A stretch of DNA of 64,000 bases from Terriglobia bacterium (GCA_963695545.1 OY968796.1:1760001-1824000); one strand, 5' to 3'; counted from the stretch's first letter, positions 17,783 through 28,483 are shown. Translations and numbers: made by a program. Notes: generated from the letters alone by a model not told the origin.

Positions 17783-19045
17783 CTACGCTGCGTCCGGCGC
17801 GATGGCACAGAGAATTTTCGCCGCATTCACCAGAGCCATTTCATCGCCGAAGCCGCCCGCTTTTGTGGCTACCGCCAATCGGTCGAGCAATCCGCCGCGA
17901 AGAATGCCGCGCGGAATGCCGGGCGACACTTCATCCTGAAGCTGGATCGCTGTGGCGCCGATCGCGTCGCACACAAGTTCGGCCGTGCTGCCACCGCTGA
18001 GGAAAGCCGCGGAGATTCCGCTGCGGTGCGCTTCGGCAATCAGCAGACGGATTCGCGCACGGTCGGCCGCCGACGCGTCGTAGAGCAGCAGCAACGCGTG
18101 GCGCATCTGCTGGATGATCTTCCTCACATCGCTGGGCGTAGCCGTCTTCGCATCGAGTGCGCTGGCCTGTCCGCTTTCTTCAAGGCGTTTCACTTGAAGC
18201 AGTGTGACGGGATGATCCGAGCCCACGCAAAAGAGGACGGGCGCTCGATGACCATCGGAGTTTCGCGCAGCGGGAGTTCCGATCTTTCCGGGACTCGTGA
18301 CGTGAGGCGAACCGCTGGAGTCGCGAGCAATGGCAAGAATTTGCGCCGCGTATTTCGCGAGACCGGCGGAGCCGACCCAAAGCGGCCGCGTCGGCAATTC
18401 ATGCAGGGCTTGCGCGATGCGCTCAAGATCCTGCTCGGTTTCGGAATCGCAAATAATGAATTCCGTGCCGGTCGCACGAAGCTGAAGTATGTCCTGTGCG
18501 ATTTTCCCTGGGCGTGCCGCGACGCCGGCAGAAAGCAGCGCGATTTTATCGAGACCTTGCTGCGAGAGCAGCTCGCGCACATCGATGGCTAAGGAGCCGG
18601 TGCAATCGCGAATGTGAAGCACGCCGCGAGCGACGCTGCGGCCTTGTGCAGGAAGTGCCGGCGCGAGCACGGCAAAGTCAAGGGCGGCGGCGCGCATCAT
18701 TGCTCGCGATTCGGAAACGATGTTGCCGCGCAGCGTGGAATCAATTTTCTTGAAGAGTATCGCGTTCGCTGCCGGCGCCATGGGCCGCGTGAGACGCTCG
18801 ACTTCTTCGGCAGCGGCTTCAGGCGATTGGTGGCGCGAGCGCGAGTTGGCGATGCGGATTTCGGCTTCGAGAGGCGGGTCGCTCGAGGCGAGTTCAACGA
18901 TGCTGTTGAGGCCGCGGAGCGCGAACTGCACGCCCGTGTCGCACGCGCCGGTGAGATCGTCGGCAATTACAACGGCGGCGGACGCTTGGCGCGCGGGAAG
19001 CGTTTCGAGTTCGTCGGTTGTTTTCATTTGGGGCGCGCGCATCAT
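17783..19045 (-). CDS. Four-carbon acid sugar kinase (DUF1537; DtnK/DenK family)
   Basis: IADDLTGACD, FKKIDSTLRGN, VGSAGLA, GGSTA, TKAGGFG; start could be 19027. Confidence 0.92.
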   Translation of the reverse strand: MMRAPQMKTTDELETLPARQASAAVVIADDLTGACDTGVQFALRGLNSIVELASSDPPLEAEIRIANSRSRHQSPEAAAEEVERLTRPMAPAANAILFKKIDSTLRGNIVSESRAMMRAAALDFAVLAPALPAQGRSVARGVLHIRDCTGSLAIDVRELLSQQGLDKIALLSAGVAARPGKIAQDILQLRATGTEFIICDSETEQDLERIAQALHELPTRPLWVGSAGLAKYAAQILAIARDSSGSPHVTSPGKIGTPAARNSDGHRAPVLFCVGSDHPVTLLQVKRLEESGQASALDAKTATPSDVRKIIQQMRHALLLLYDASAADRARIRLLIAEAHRSGISAAFLSGGSTAELVCDAIGATAIQLQDEVSPGIPRGILRGGLLDRLAVATKAGGFGDEMALVNAAKILCAIAPDAA

Positions 19046-19114
19046 CGAAATTCCCACGGCGTATCTTTTCCGACTGCGACGCCGAAACTCAAGACGCAAC
19101 CGGCGACGCGCTGG

Positions 19115-20887
19115 TCACGCGGACGGCAACAAACCAGTGACGCGACCGAGCTGCGTTGCGTGCGCGATCAGGTTGCCGTCGGCGAATACGGAAAGACCCT
19201 GGCCCTTGCCGAATTTCTTGCCGGTCTCGTCCCACACGATGGTCAGCAAACGGCCGTGATACGGAACGCGATCGAGACAAAACCAATCCCAAGTGTTTGC
19301 GGGCAAGAGCGGATGAACCTCCACCGTCGCATCCGCGCGTGGGCGCAATCCCACGAGATCAGTAATCACGAGATCGGCGTAGGCGGAATGATTGTAGTGG
19401 TCGCCGCGGCCGTAAAAAACGCCCTCTTTTATTTTGCGCTCACGAGCGAGCCAATTGCCGGTGAAGGGATCGAGATTTTCGTCAATCCAGGGAATCACGC
19501 GGCCGTCGTCAAGGCGCAAGCGATGGCTGCGCGTGTAGATCAGAAAGGTTCTGAAATAATCTTGCGGCGAAATCGCCGGATGGAGATTGCTAGCCGGTGC
19601 GGTGTTCAGGAAGTTGCCGAGCGCCTTTAGCGTGATGGTTGTCGAGAACGGCCAGCTCGGACCATTCCACTGGCAATCGTCGCCATCAAACGCGATACGA
19701 AATCCCGGATTGCGCTGCTCGGCAGTTGTCGGGCCGTACGGCGCAAAGAAGGCTTGCGCGTCCATCAATGATTTCCACGCGGCTTCGTATCCGAAGCCCG
19801 CGGGAGGGAGACCGAAGAGCCAGGGCGAGAAACCGATTTCTTCGCGGACGTTCGCGAGTTTTCCGGATTCGAGGAGCGCCTCGAAGAATCGGTCGCGAGA
19901 GCTCCACAGATGTTCGCACACGAGTTGGCGCAAGCGCACCGCCTTGGCTTCGTACTGGTGCGCAACGTCGGGCTTTTCGGCAAGCGAGGCGATCGCGGCG
20001 ATGGCTTTGGCATTGCCGAACATGTAGCTATTGATCGAAGGGCGCGCGTTGTGAATCTTGCGGCCGCCGCTGATGGATTCTTCCATTCCATCGGCGACAT
20101 CGAATTGCCAGAACAGACCGCTCGGAAGCAATCGCTCCTGTTCCCAAGTTTTGTAATCGAGAATTAGCGCGTCGAGTTGCGAAAGCAAGAAATTCCGGTC
20201 GCCATTCACAAGCCAGCGATCGTAGACGGCGGCAGAGGTCCAGCCGCTGAATTGATGCAGCTTTGGGTGGATTCCGCCATTCGGGCCGCCGCGCAGCCAG
20301 AAATTGATGTGCTGGTCGATGTACTGCGAATCGTGCAGCCAGCGTCCTTCCGCGACATGATGGCCGAAGGCGCAGCTCAGCGCGTTGTATTCACCGGCGT
20401 GCTTCACGGGTTTCAGAAACTCAGTGATGATGAAGCCGACGGGAGTTTTTTCGATATGTTTCCGGTAGGCCCACCAACGATAGTAATAAGTTTGCTCGAC
20501 ATCGCCGTCCGGACACGCGAAGAATGGAATATTGGATTGCATCCAGTCCCAGGCAGCCGCATCCGGGATATACGTGACGACATTTTCCGGCAACATGGCG
20601 TTGAAAAACTCGACGTAGTAACGGAAGTCCGCGGGATCGAGAACGTACTGGGATTGAGGTTCGGCGGTTTGGCCGGCGGAGATTTCGCGCGCACCGGAGG
20701 AATGATCGCTCGAAATTCCGGGCACGAACGCCGAATGTACGCCACTGAAATTTGAGGCGCTAGCGTTTCGCGCGCCGAGGATAGCGGTGGCGCCGGCCGC
20801 GCCCAGCCACGCCAACACGGCTCTGCGAGAAGGGGCTCGCGTGGTCAATTTGGTCGATTCGTCGCTAAGCGCGTGGTGCGAATTCAT
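19115..20887 (-). CDS. Tat-exported (alpha/alpha)6 glycoside hydrolase (MGH1-like; resembles GH63/GH121/GH142 types)
   Basis: SRRAVL twin-arginine signal; YYYRWW, HHVAEGRWL, DGMEESISG, RPSINSY, WNGPSWP, HYNHS. Confidence 0.8.
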   Translation of the reverse strand: MNSHHALSDESTKLTTRAPSRRAVLAWLGAAGATAILGARNASASNFSGVHSAFVPGISSDHSSGAREISAGQTAEPQSQYVLDPADFRYYVEFFNAMLPENVVTYIPDAAAWDWMQSNIPFFACPDGDVEQTYYYRWWAYRKHIEKTPVGFIITEFLKPVKHAGEYNALSCAFGHHVAEGRWLHDSQYIDQHINFWLRGGPNGGIHPKLHQFSGWTSAAVYDRWLVNGDRNFLLSQLDALILDYKTWEQERLLPSGLFWQFDVADGMEESISGGRKIHNARPSINSYMFGNAKAIAAIASLAEKPDVAHQYEAKAVRLRQLVCEHLWSSRDRFFEALLESGKLANVREEIGFSPWLFGLPPAGFGYEAAWKSLMDAQAFFAPYGPTTAEQRNPGFRIAFDGDDCQWNGPSWPFSTTITLKALGNFLNTAPASNLHPAISPQDYFRTFLIYTRSHRLRLDDGRVIPWIDENLDPFTGNWLARERKIKEGVFYGRGDHYNHSAYADLVITDLVGLRPRADATVEVHPLLPANTWDWFCLDRVPYHGRLLTIVWDETGKKFGKGQGLSVFADGNLIAHATQLGRVTGLLPSA

Positions 20888-21127
20888 GCTCGATTCCAAC
20901 AAGGTTCTATCACAATTTGAAAGGCCGACGCGACGGACTCGCGAGCGCAACTGCGAACGGCGATAATAAGGCGCAAAGCGGCCGCGTGACGATATAAAGA
21001 AACGCTGTCGACGAGCGAGAATCGAAAGCTCTAAACTTCTCTAAGTTACTGTGTAATAGGCTCTTGTGTCTGTGTGAGGCGTTTCCGCCCGCCTCGAGAT
21101 GCTTCGCCCGCCTATTTCGGCGGGTTC

Positions 21128-21159
21128 CCGTTTCATATTCGCGAATTCCGTTTCAGATT
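21128..21159. promoter_or_regulatory. Candidate IclR operator (direct repeat)
   Basis: ccgtttca(t/g)att repeated at 20-bp spacing in the divergent GH/IclR intergenic region. Confidence 0.4.
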
Positions 21160-21237
21160 TCCATTTTGCATTGATAGCGGTATACTCCCGTGGCTCCGAA
21201 GCTGCCCGCTACCGACTCCGAGGACGACGACTGACGC

Positions 21238-22083
21238 ATGGCTACCGCGACTCGCAGAAAACGACGCAGTCCACGAAACCAAGGGCCGGCCGCCGGTGAG
21301 AATAGAGAGGGGCGGCGTTATTTTTCGCGCGGCGTTGGCAGGGCGCTGGAGATCATTGAGCTGCTGACGCGCACGACCGGTCCGCTCGGCCTGAACGAAG
21401 TCGCCGCGCGAATCAACACCACCAAGAGCTCGGCGTTTCGCTTGCTGCGCACACTTGAAGCGCTGGACTACGTGACGCAAGCCGGCGACGGACAATACTT
21501 GATTCTGCCCGAGAACCGCGCCACGGTGCCGTCACGAATCGCGAATTCGCTGGTGCGCGTGGCGCGGGGCGCGATGAAGCGGCTGAACATGGAGTTTCAA
21601 GAGACGGTCAGTTTGGCGGTGTTGTTCACGAATCACATCGAAGTGGTGGAAGTCTTCGAGAGCCCGCAGCTGATCCGCATGGCCAACACGGTGGGGAAGA
21701 TCATTCCGCCGCATGCAAGTTCGATGGGTAAATCGATCACCGCGCTGCAGAACGACGAGATGCGCAACAAGCTCTTGCGGAGCTACGGATTTCCGCGGTT
21801 CACGCCCAACACGATTACCGACGAATTGGCCTTACGCGAAAATTTCGAGCAGATTCGCAGGCTGGGGCATGCGTTTGACGCGGAGGAAAGCACTCCCGAT
21901 GGATGTTGTTTTGGAGCGCCGCTGGTGATCGAGCCGCACGGGGCCATCGCGGCGATCAGTCTTTCGATGCCAAAGTCTCGAGTGCCGCAGGGCGCGGGCG
22001 CGGAAAAAATGGTGCAAGCGCTGCTGGAAGCGTCAAGCCAGATTGCGCACGATTTGGATCAGGCGATGCGACCGCGCCGTTAG
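21238..22083 (+). CDS. IclR-family transcriptional regulator
   Basis: RALEIIE...KSSAFRLLRTL wHTH; HASSMGK; GHAFDAEE; AAISLS. Confidence 0.95.
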   Translation: MATATRRKRRSPRNQGPAAGENREGRRYFSRGVGRALEIIELLTRTTGPLGLNEVAARINTTKSSAFRLLRTLEALDYVTQAGDGQYLILPENRATVPSRIANSLVRVARGAMKRLNMEFQETVSLAVLFTNHIEVVEVFESPQLIRMANTVGKIIPPHASSMGKSITALQNDEMRNKLLRSYGFPRFTPNTITDELALRENFEQIRRLGHAFDAEESTPDGCCFGAPLVIEPHGAIAAISLSMPKSRVPQGAGAEKMVQALLEASSQIAHDLDQAMRPRR

Positions 22084-22187
22084 ACGACGGGCCGCGAATC
22101 GATCGGCAGTGACAACGGTGCGGGCCCTCTTCCAACCGCCAGTGATTGCCAAAGGCATCACGGACACGCAATGGGACGCGGCTAAAA

Positions 22188-23159
22188 ATGGAAAAGCGAT
22201 CATTGCCGCACACGGATTTGAGCGTTTCGCGCGTGGCGCTGGGCACGATGACGTTTGGCGCGCAAACCAACGAGAGCGCGGCGCGGAGCATGGTGGACGC
22301 GTGCCTGGATTTTGGCGTGAATTTTTTCGACACGGCGAACGTTTACAATCACGGGGCATCGGAAACAATTCTGGGGAACGCGCTGCGGGGGCGCCGAGAG
22401 CAAGCGGTGATCGCGACGAAAGTGCGCGGCAAGATGGGCGAAGCGGCCGACGAGAGCGGATTGTCGCGCGCCGCCATTCGCAAGGCGATCGAAGCGAGCT
22501 TGGAGCGGCTCGCGACCAACTACGTGGACATTTATTATCTCCACCAACCGGATTACGGCGTTTCGATCGAAGAGACGATCGCGGCGATGGACGAGATCGT
22601 CCGCGAAGGCAAAGTGCGCTACGTGGGCGTGTCGAATTACGCGGCGTGGCAAGTCGCCGAGATTCACTGCATTTGCAAAGATCACGGTTTTTCCGCTCCG
22701 CACATTTCCCAGCCGCTCTACAACCTGCTCGCGCGGGGAATCGAAGAGGAATTTTTGCCATTTTGCAAAAGTTTCGAGGTGGGCGTGATTCCATACAATC
22801 CGCTGGCGGGCGGCCTCTTGACCGGAAAGCAGCGCACCGCGGCGGGGCCGATGGCCGGCACGCGATTCGATAAGAATCAGATGTATTTGGATCGCTACTG
22901 GCACGCGGATTTCTTCGCGGCAGTGGCGGAGCTGGAAACAGTGGCGAGGGAAGCGGGCATCACGCTCGTAGAGCTGGCGCTTCGCTGGCTGCTGGCTCAA
23001 CCGCAGGTGGATTCGATTCTGCTCGGCGCTTCGCGCGTGGAACAGCTAGAGCAGAACCTTGCCGCATCGGCGGGGCCGGCGCTTGAGCCGGCGACGCTGC
23101 AGAAGTGCGACGCGGTGTGGAAGCGGCTGCGGGGCCTCACTCCGAAATACAATCGCTGA
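22188..23159 (+). CDS. Aldo/keto reductase
   Basis: LGTMTFG, FDTANVY, IATK, DIYYLHQPD, GVSNY, YNPLAGGLLTGK. Confidence 0.95.
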   Translation: MEKRSLPHTDLSVSRVALGTMTFGAQTNESAARSMVDACLDFGVNFFDTANVYNHGASETILGNALRGRREQAVIATKVRGKMGEAADESGLSRAAIRKAIEASLERLATNYVDIYYLHQPDYGVSIEETIAAMDEIVREGKVRYVGVSNYAAWQVAEIHCICKDHGFSAPHISQPLYNLLARGIEEEFLPFCKSFEVGVIPYNPLAGGLLTGKQRTAAGPMAGTRFDKNQMYLDRYWHADFFAAVAELETVAREAGITLVELALRWLLAQPQVDSILLGASRVEQLEQNLAASAGPALEPATLQKCDAVWKRLRGLTPKYNR

Positions 23160-23196
23160 TTCGATCCGGCAGGGATTACTTCAAAAAAAACTGCGG

Positions 23197-23242
23197 AAAA
23201 GAAAACTGGGGTGCCCCTCCGCGTTCGGAGGAGCACCCCAGT
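23197..23242 (-). terminator. Intrinsic terminator between the convergent AKR and TBDR genes
   Basis: actggggtgc..ctccg/cggag..gcaccccagt stem with a T-tract on the minus strand. Confidence 0.75.
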
Positions 23243-23267
23243 GGTTGGTTGTCTAGTTACGTCAAAA

Positions 23268-26200
23268 TTAGAACGAGAACCTCGCAGTAGCAAACACCGC
23301 GCGAGCGCCCGAGCTTATGGACGACGTATTGCTTCCGCTCGAGGCCAACGTGCCCGTGATCTGCCCGAAACTGCCGGGGTTGCCCACCGTGAGAGCGGTG
23401 GTAGATGACGGGTTGGCGAAGTGTGGCGTATTGGTGAGGCTGACGGCCTGTATTTCAATAAACAGTTTTATTTGCTCATGAATCGGGAACTCACGGCCGA
23501 GGCTCATATCCAGGTTGAAGAGGCCCGGTCCGCGGAATTCGTCACGGCCCGTATCGCCGAACACTGCGCCGCAGTTTCCAGCGACCGCGCCCGCCGCATT
23601 GCATGCGACCACAGAGTAGAAGTCGGCCGGGTTAAAGTACGTGCAAGCCGGGTTCGAGTTGGTGCAGGTCACGCCAGGCGGCGGACCGGGATTGTTGTAG
23701 AACTGGATGTTCGAGAGCATGTTGGCGGTTTGCGAGTTACCCGTAGAGTTCAAGGAGTTTGCGTTCCCGGACACGGTGAAGGGGAAGCCGCTGGCCTTGG
23801 TGAGAACCTCGCTTAACAGCCAGCCGCCCAAGATCTTGCCGCCGAAGCCGTGCTGCATCCATTCGCCGTCTTTGCCGAATGGGCTTGGCTCGGCGCCGTA
23901 GATTTCGAGGTTGTTGGTTTGATCGTATCCCGAGGTCGCCCGGTTGCGGTAAAAGTAGGCCGGTGCGGTGAAGAAGAACCCGGAATCGGCGTAGTTGGTG
24001 TTGGCGTTGTTTACCTCGTCGATGGTATGCGACCAGGTGTAGTTGACGCCGATAAATCCGCCGTGTCCGAGCTTGCGGGTCAACTCCGTCTGCATAGCGT
24101 TATAGTTGCTGCTTCCGCAGCCGCATTGTGAATTGATGGTGAGTCCAGCGGACGTCAATTGGGTTGGGAATGCCAGGTTCATCTGGCCATCTTGGCCCGC
24201 GCCTGGATTGGACCAATTTAGGTTGTAATAGGCCTGCTCGCGAATCCCGAGAGTACGTACATAGGCGATTTGAAAATTGAAGCCGGCTCCCAGATCGCGT
24301 TGCACGGTCAAGTTGTAGGACTCAATGTAACCACGGCGGTAGTCCAGCGGAACGGTCGTGGTGTTCGCGTTGGGAAGTGGAATCGAGCCCGAAGTGATGT
24401 TGAAAGTCGGCAGCGACGGTACGCCGAGCGGCAGGGCGAGCGTTCCGTTATACGGTCCATAGCTGCACGTGCTGGTATTCGTCACGCCGGTGCAGGTGAT
24501 GCCCGACCCTGATGCGGGAATCCCCATAAGTCCGGCGGGATTATACGTTGTAGGCGCGTTGCCTTGTACAAGAGCGTCGGATGGATAGGCGTCGCGCAGG
24601 TTCCGGAAGTTCGAGGGGTCAACGCTGATGCCGAAGCCCGCCCGGACCACCGTCTTTGGAGTCAAGCGATAGGCAAGACCGATGCGAGGAACGATCTGCG
24701 CGGGCGTCTTCACGCCGTCGCGGAGCGGAACGCTGCCGTTGCCGCCGATGATGACCTGGCCGGTTGCGGGGTTGAAGACGGGAATGCCTTCCTGATGGCC
24801 CTCATACGGGGCCTCCGTCATGAAGGGGTACCACTCCACGCGCGCACCGTAACTGACGGTCAGTTTCTGGGTCGCTTGCCAAGTATCCTGACCGTACCAG
24901 GAATACGTGGATTCGCGCTCGGTGTTGGGGATCAGCGTGTCGCTCGCTTTGCCGGTCTGGTCCGGCAAGCCGAGGAGGAAATCCGCAAAGGAGTTGTAGT
25001 CAGTGATGCCCGCGGACGTCCCATTAGAGGTCATGTTTCCATTGAAACCGAAGCCGCCGCGCCCTGTTTGGATGTTGCCGCCCTCGGGCTGGAAGTGATT
25101 GAGGCCCCAGTGGATCTGTTCGTAACCGAAGCGAATCGCGTGGGTGCTCTTCTGCCAACTGAAGTTGACGTCGCCGGTGTATTCATTGTCGCGGAAGAGA
25201 AACGGGTTGGCAGTGTTCGGGTCGCCCATGTTGGCAAAACCCGAAAGGGTGAAGGCCGGATATCCGGCTTGAAGCAACGTGCCGCCGTTTGCGCCGGGAA
25301 TGCCTTCCGCAATGCCGAAGTTATCGCCCGCGACGTTGTCGAGGTTCAACGCGCCGAGTTTTTGCCGCGTATATCCGAAGTTCCCGTCCATGATGAAGGA
25401 CGGGGTGAAGGCGTAGGTGCCGCCGAGACCGAGAACCTGAATCCTGGACAGCGAATTTCCCTGCTGGCCGCCATTGGTGGCGTTTCCGCCAGCCACGCCG
25501 AGAGCGGGCGGGTCAAGGATGTCGGCGAGAGAAATGCTATAGCGGCCGAAGATCGTGGATTTGCTGGTTGGGAGGTAGGTGAACTTGGAATCTATGTCGT
25601 CGACAGTGTAGTCGCCGTCGGCGTTGTTGACGTAATTGTAGGACAAGGCTGGATTAAACAGCGCAAACGGAGTCGCCGCCCCTTTGAGGACATTGAGGTA
25701 GCTGAGCGCTGCGGGACTGATTTGCGTGAGCGGAATGAAATTGTTGGCGAACTGGGTGCGGCCCGTTCCGTTGGCGGCTCCGGTCATGGGGTTATAGATC
25801 GCCACGGGAACGGTGGTGGACCCGCTGAGATAACTGGTTGGCAATTGGATGCCCTGAACGCCGCCGACGGTCGAGAGGGCGTACATGCTGGAGTCCGGAA
25901 TGAGCTGGTTCACGAACGCGTTTTGGCGCTGGGTGTTGCGTTCGTAATCGCCGAAGAAGAACAACTTGTTCTTGATGATCGGGCCGCCGACGTTTCCGGA
26001 GTACTGGTTGTTGATGGTCTTGCGGAGGGGGCCGCACTTATTGATCGAAACCGACACTACGCAGTTGGAGCCGTATTCATTAGGCTGGGTGAAGTAGTTC
26101 AGAGCCGTCATGTGCTGATCGTTGTGGCTGAAGAAGCCGCCACCGTGGAACTGGTTGGTGCCGGACTTGATGGTGACGTTAATGGCCGCGCCACCCGCCA

Positions 26201-26969
26201 TGCCCTGCTCGGCGTCAAAGGAATTGGTGACGATGTTTACGGTCTCGATCGAATCGGGAGGCGGAACGTACGCCAAGTTCGCCGGGAGCCATTCGTACAC
26301 GTCAGCCTGACCGTCGACCCTGGTCGTATTGGTCTGGGCGCTGACGCCGTTGACGAATGCAGTCATGGAGCGCTGCGGATTGCCCGCGGCCGAATTCGGT
26401 TCCTGCGGCGTTTCGAAACCGGGGACAATCTTGTACAGGCTTTGGAAATTGCGTCCCTCTGAGGAGGGTAACGGTAGGGTGCCAATTTCGGCTGAATTCA
26501 AGTCCGTGTGAATGTCGGCGCGATCGGTCTGTAACACGGGAGCTGTGGCGGCGACAGTGACGGTCTCGATCTTGCCGGCTACGGCGAGCACGGTGTCCGC
26601 GCGGAGCGTGTTGTTGGTCCTGACGACGAGGCCATCCTGAACCGAAGTGCCCAATCCTGTGGCCGTGACCGTGAGCTTGTAGGTGCCCGGCACAAGGTCG
26701 GTGAACTCAAAAACGCCGTGGTCGTCGGTCTTTTTGGTGCTGACGTCGCCGGTGCCGTCGTTCAACGCCTCGACTGTGGCATTGGGCACCACCGCGCCGG
26801 TTTGGTCGGTTACGTTACCGGTGAGGTCGCCATAGAGAACTTGCGCGCGTGCGGCGCTGGGAATCATACAGATGCACGCAAGCAGCAAAACTAATGCGTA
26901 GCCAATGGCCCGTCGTTCCTTTACGTTCTGGATTGCAGTCGCCCTACACGACAGAGTGTACTTCGACAT
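23268..26969 (-). CDS. TonB-dependent receptor (Oar-like, N-terminal carboxypeptidase-regulatory-like domain)
   Basis: Signal peptide; GNVTDQTGAVVPNATV; KSGTNQFHG; GGPIIKNKLFFF; PRIGLAY; C-terminal RFSF beta-signal. Confidence 0.93.
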   Translation of the reverse strand: MSKYTLSCRATAIQNVKERRAIGYALVLLLACICMIPSAARAQVLYGDLTGNVTDQTGAVVPNATVEALNDGTGDVSTKKTDDHGVFEFTDLVPGTYKLTVTATGLGTSVQDGLVVRTNNTLRADTVLAVAGKIETVTVAATAPVLQTDRADIHTDLNSAEIGTLPLPSSEGRNFQSLYKIVPGFETPQEPNSAAGNPQRSMTAFVNGVSAQTNTTRVDGQADVYEWLPANLAYVPPPDSIETVNIVTNSFDAEQGMAGGAAINVTIKSGTNQFHGGGFFSHNDQHMTALNYFTQPNEYGSNCVVSVSINKCGPLRKTINNQYSGNVGGPIIKNKLFFFGDYERNTQRQNAFVNQLIPDSSMYALSTVGGVQGIQLPTSYLSGSTTVPVAIYNPMTGAANGTGRTQFANNFIPLTQISPAALSYLNVLKGAATPFALFNPALSYNYVNNADGDYTVDDIDSKFTYLPTSKSTIFGRYSISLADILDPPALGVAGGNATNGGQQGNSLSRIQVLGLGGTYAFTPSFIMDGNFGYTRQKLGALNLDNVAGDNFGIAEGIPGANGGTLLQAGYPAFTLSGFANMGDPNTANPFLFRDNEYTGDVNFSWQKSTHAIRFGYEQIHWGLNHFQPEGGNIQTGRGGFGFNGNMTSNGTSAGITDYNSFADFLLGLPDQTGKASDTLIPNTERESTYSWYGQDTWQATQKLTVSYGARVEWYPFMTEAPYEGHQEGIPVFNPATGQVIIGGNGSVPLRDGVKTPAQIVPRIGLAYRLTPKTVVRAGFGISVDPSNFRNLRDAYPSDALVQGNAPTTYNPAGLMGIPASGSGITCTGVTNTSTCSYGPYNGTLALPLGVPSLPTFNITSGSIPLPNANTTTVPLDYRRGYIESYNLTVQRDLGAGFNFQIAYVRTLGIREQAYYNLNWSNPGAGQDGQMNLAFPTQLTSAGLTINSQCGCGSSNYNAMQTELTRKLGHGGFIGVNYTWSHTIDEVNNANTNYADSGFFFTAPAYFYRNRATSGYDQTNNLEIYGAEPSPFGKDGEWMQHGFGGKILGGWLLSEVLTKASGFPFTVSGNANSLNSTGNSQTANMLSNIQFYNNPGPPPGVTCTNSNPACTYFNPADFYSVVACNAAGAVAGNCGAVFGDTGRDEFRGPGLFNLDMSLGREFPIHEQIKLFIEIQAVSLTNTPHFANPSSTTALTVGNPGSFGQITGTLASSGSNTSSISSGARAVFATARFSF

Positions 26970-26996
26970 TTGCCGCCCCCTTTTATTTTTACCGAA

Positions 26997-28331
26997 TCAT
27001 CTGACTAAACTCGCCTGCCTAACCCCGTGGTCCCCGGAATTCCGTTGCCGCCCCGATGCGCGGGAGCGCGCGCGCGCGTTCTTGGTCCGGCTGAAGCCGC
27101 TGCCTTGCGCGTTCGGGGCGCCTTCTCGCTGCTGTGCTTCCTGCTCCGATTCGCCGCGCGCCGCTGAGCCAAAATTCTTCTTGAGGACCAAGGCGACGGT
27201 GCCGCGCAGACGGGCCATACTGGGATCGGAAGCGGGTCTGACGCGCGGCGGCTTTCCAACCAGAACGGCCGCAGCGACTTCCTTTTCGATCACCGGGCCG
27301 AGGCGCCTCCACAGGCGCGTGAATTCGCCGACGACCACAATCTCTTCCGGCGCCAATCCCGCAACGATCATGCGCATGCCGCGACCGATCGCGCGCGCCA
27401 TGGTATCGAGGGCCTTGAGCGCGAAGGCATCGCCGCCTTCCGCCAGCGCAAGCAAATCCTGAAAGCTGAAGTCCGCGGACGCGGATGCCGTGCTCGATTC
27501 GTGGTAATAGCGTACGGCGGCGCGCTGAGATGCGTAGACTTCCCAGCAGCCTCGGCCGCCGCAGGTGCAAAGCGGACCATTGGGATCAAGCGGCACGTGG
27601 CCGAATTCGCCCGACATCCCATTTAGGCCGCGCGCCAACTGTCCGTTCGTAAAGACGCCTGTGCCGACGCCTTCAGAGATCGTGACCACCACGAGGTCGC
27701 GGACGCTTTCGGCCTGGCCAAACCAGGCCTCCGCAAGAACGCACGCATTGGCGGCGTTTTCGAGTTCGACGCTCATTCCGGTGGCGCTTTCGATCGCGCC
27801 CTTGAAATCGAAAGCTCGCCACTTCAAGTTCGGAGCAAAAACGACGCGTTGCGTGGCTTCGTCGAATCGGCCTGGCAAGCTGATCCCGATGCCCTCGAAG
27901 ACCACACCGGGGTGCGCCTTCGCCAAACGAACAATCCTGCTCGAGAGATTTGCGGCCATAGCGCGCGGATCGGGCGCGGTCGGCAGCGTCTCGCGCGACA
28001 GAAAACGGCCATTGACGTCGGCCAAGGCCAGGGTGGTGGTGGCCGGGCGAAGGTCCACGATGACGATTGCCCGCTGATCATTCAATCGCAGGAACGTGGG
28101 CCGCCTTCCGCGCGGCAGACGTCCAGTGGGGCCGTAAACGACCCAACGTTCCTGGATGAGCTGCTCGGTGATCAGTGACACAGTGCTGCGCTGCAATCCG
28201 GTGATGCGCGCGATCTCGGCGCGGGAAATCGGCTGGCGCCGGCGAACCAAATTGAGCACGACGCCGCGATTGATATCGCGAGCGGTTTCGCTCGATGCCA
28301 CTTGCGTGTTGGTGAAATCAAGTCGCCGCAT
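26997..28331 (-). CDS. ROK-family transcriptional regulator (XylR/NagC-like)
   Basis: ISRAEIARITGLQRSTVS HTH; ENAANAC; GEFGH; CTCGGRGCWE. Confidence 0.95.
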   Translation of the reverse strand: MRRLDFTNTQVASSETARDINRGVVLNLVRRRQPISRAEIARITGLQRSTVSLITEQLIQERWVVYGPTGRLPRGRRPTFLRLNDQRAIVIVDLRPATTTLALADVNGRFLSRETLPTAPDPRAMAANLSSRIVRLAKAHPGVVFEGIGISLPGRFDEATQRVVFAPNLKWRAFDFKGAIESATGMSVELENAANACVLAEAWFGQAESVRDLVVVTISEGVGTGVFTNGQLARGLNGMSGEFGHVPLDPNGPLCTCGGRGCWEVYASQRAAVRYYHESSTASASADFSFQDLLALAEGGDAFALKALDTMARAIGRGMRMIVAGLAPEEIVVVGEFTRLWRRLGPVIEKEVAAAVLVGKPPRVRPASDPSMARLRGTVALVLKKNFGSAARGESEQEAQQREGAPNAQGSGFSRTKNARARSRASGRQRNSGDHGVRQASLVR

Positions 28332-28462
28332 TTAATTCGCCACGAGAACTAAATCCTGGGGCCCGTTCGGGCGCCGTAAATCGCGTTCAAAAAAATTCAC
28401 CGCAGGGCCGAAAAACTTTGTTGCATCGCCGTCAAAACTTTTTCTGCGCACAACAATAAAAA

Positions 28463-28483
28463 CCCTTTACGTGTACGTGCACG
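28463..28483. promoter_or_regulatory. Putative LacI-type operator, copy 1
   Basis: ccctttacgtgtacgtgcacg, identical to 31928-31948; quasi-palindrome cgtgtac|gtgcacg. Confidence 0.7.

Noticed and set aside
24564..26462. 632-aa plus-strand ORF
   Set aside because: Antisense shadow of the TBDR gene caused by codon bias; no recognisable motifs
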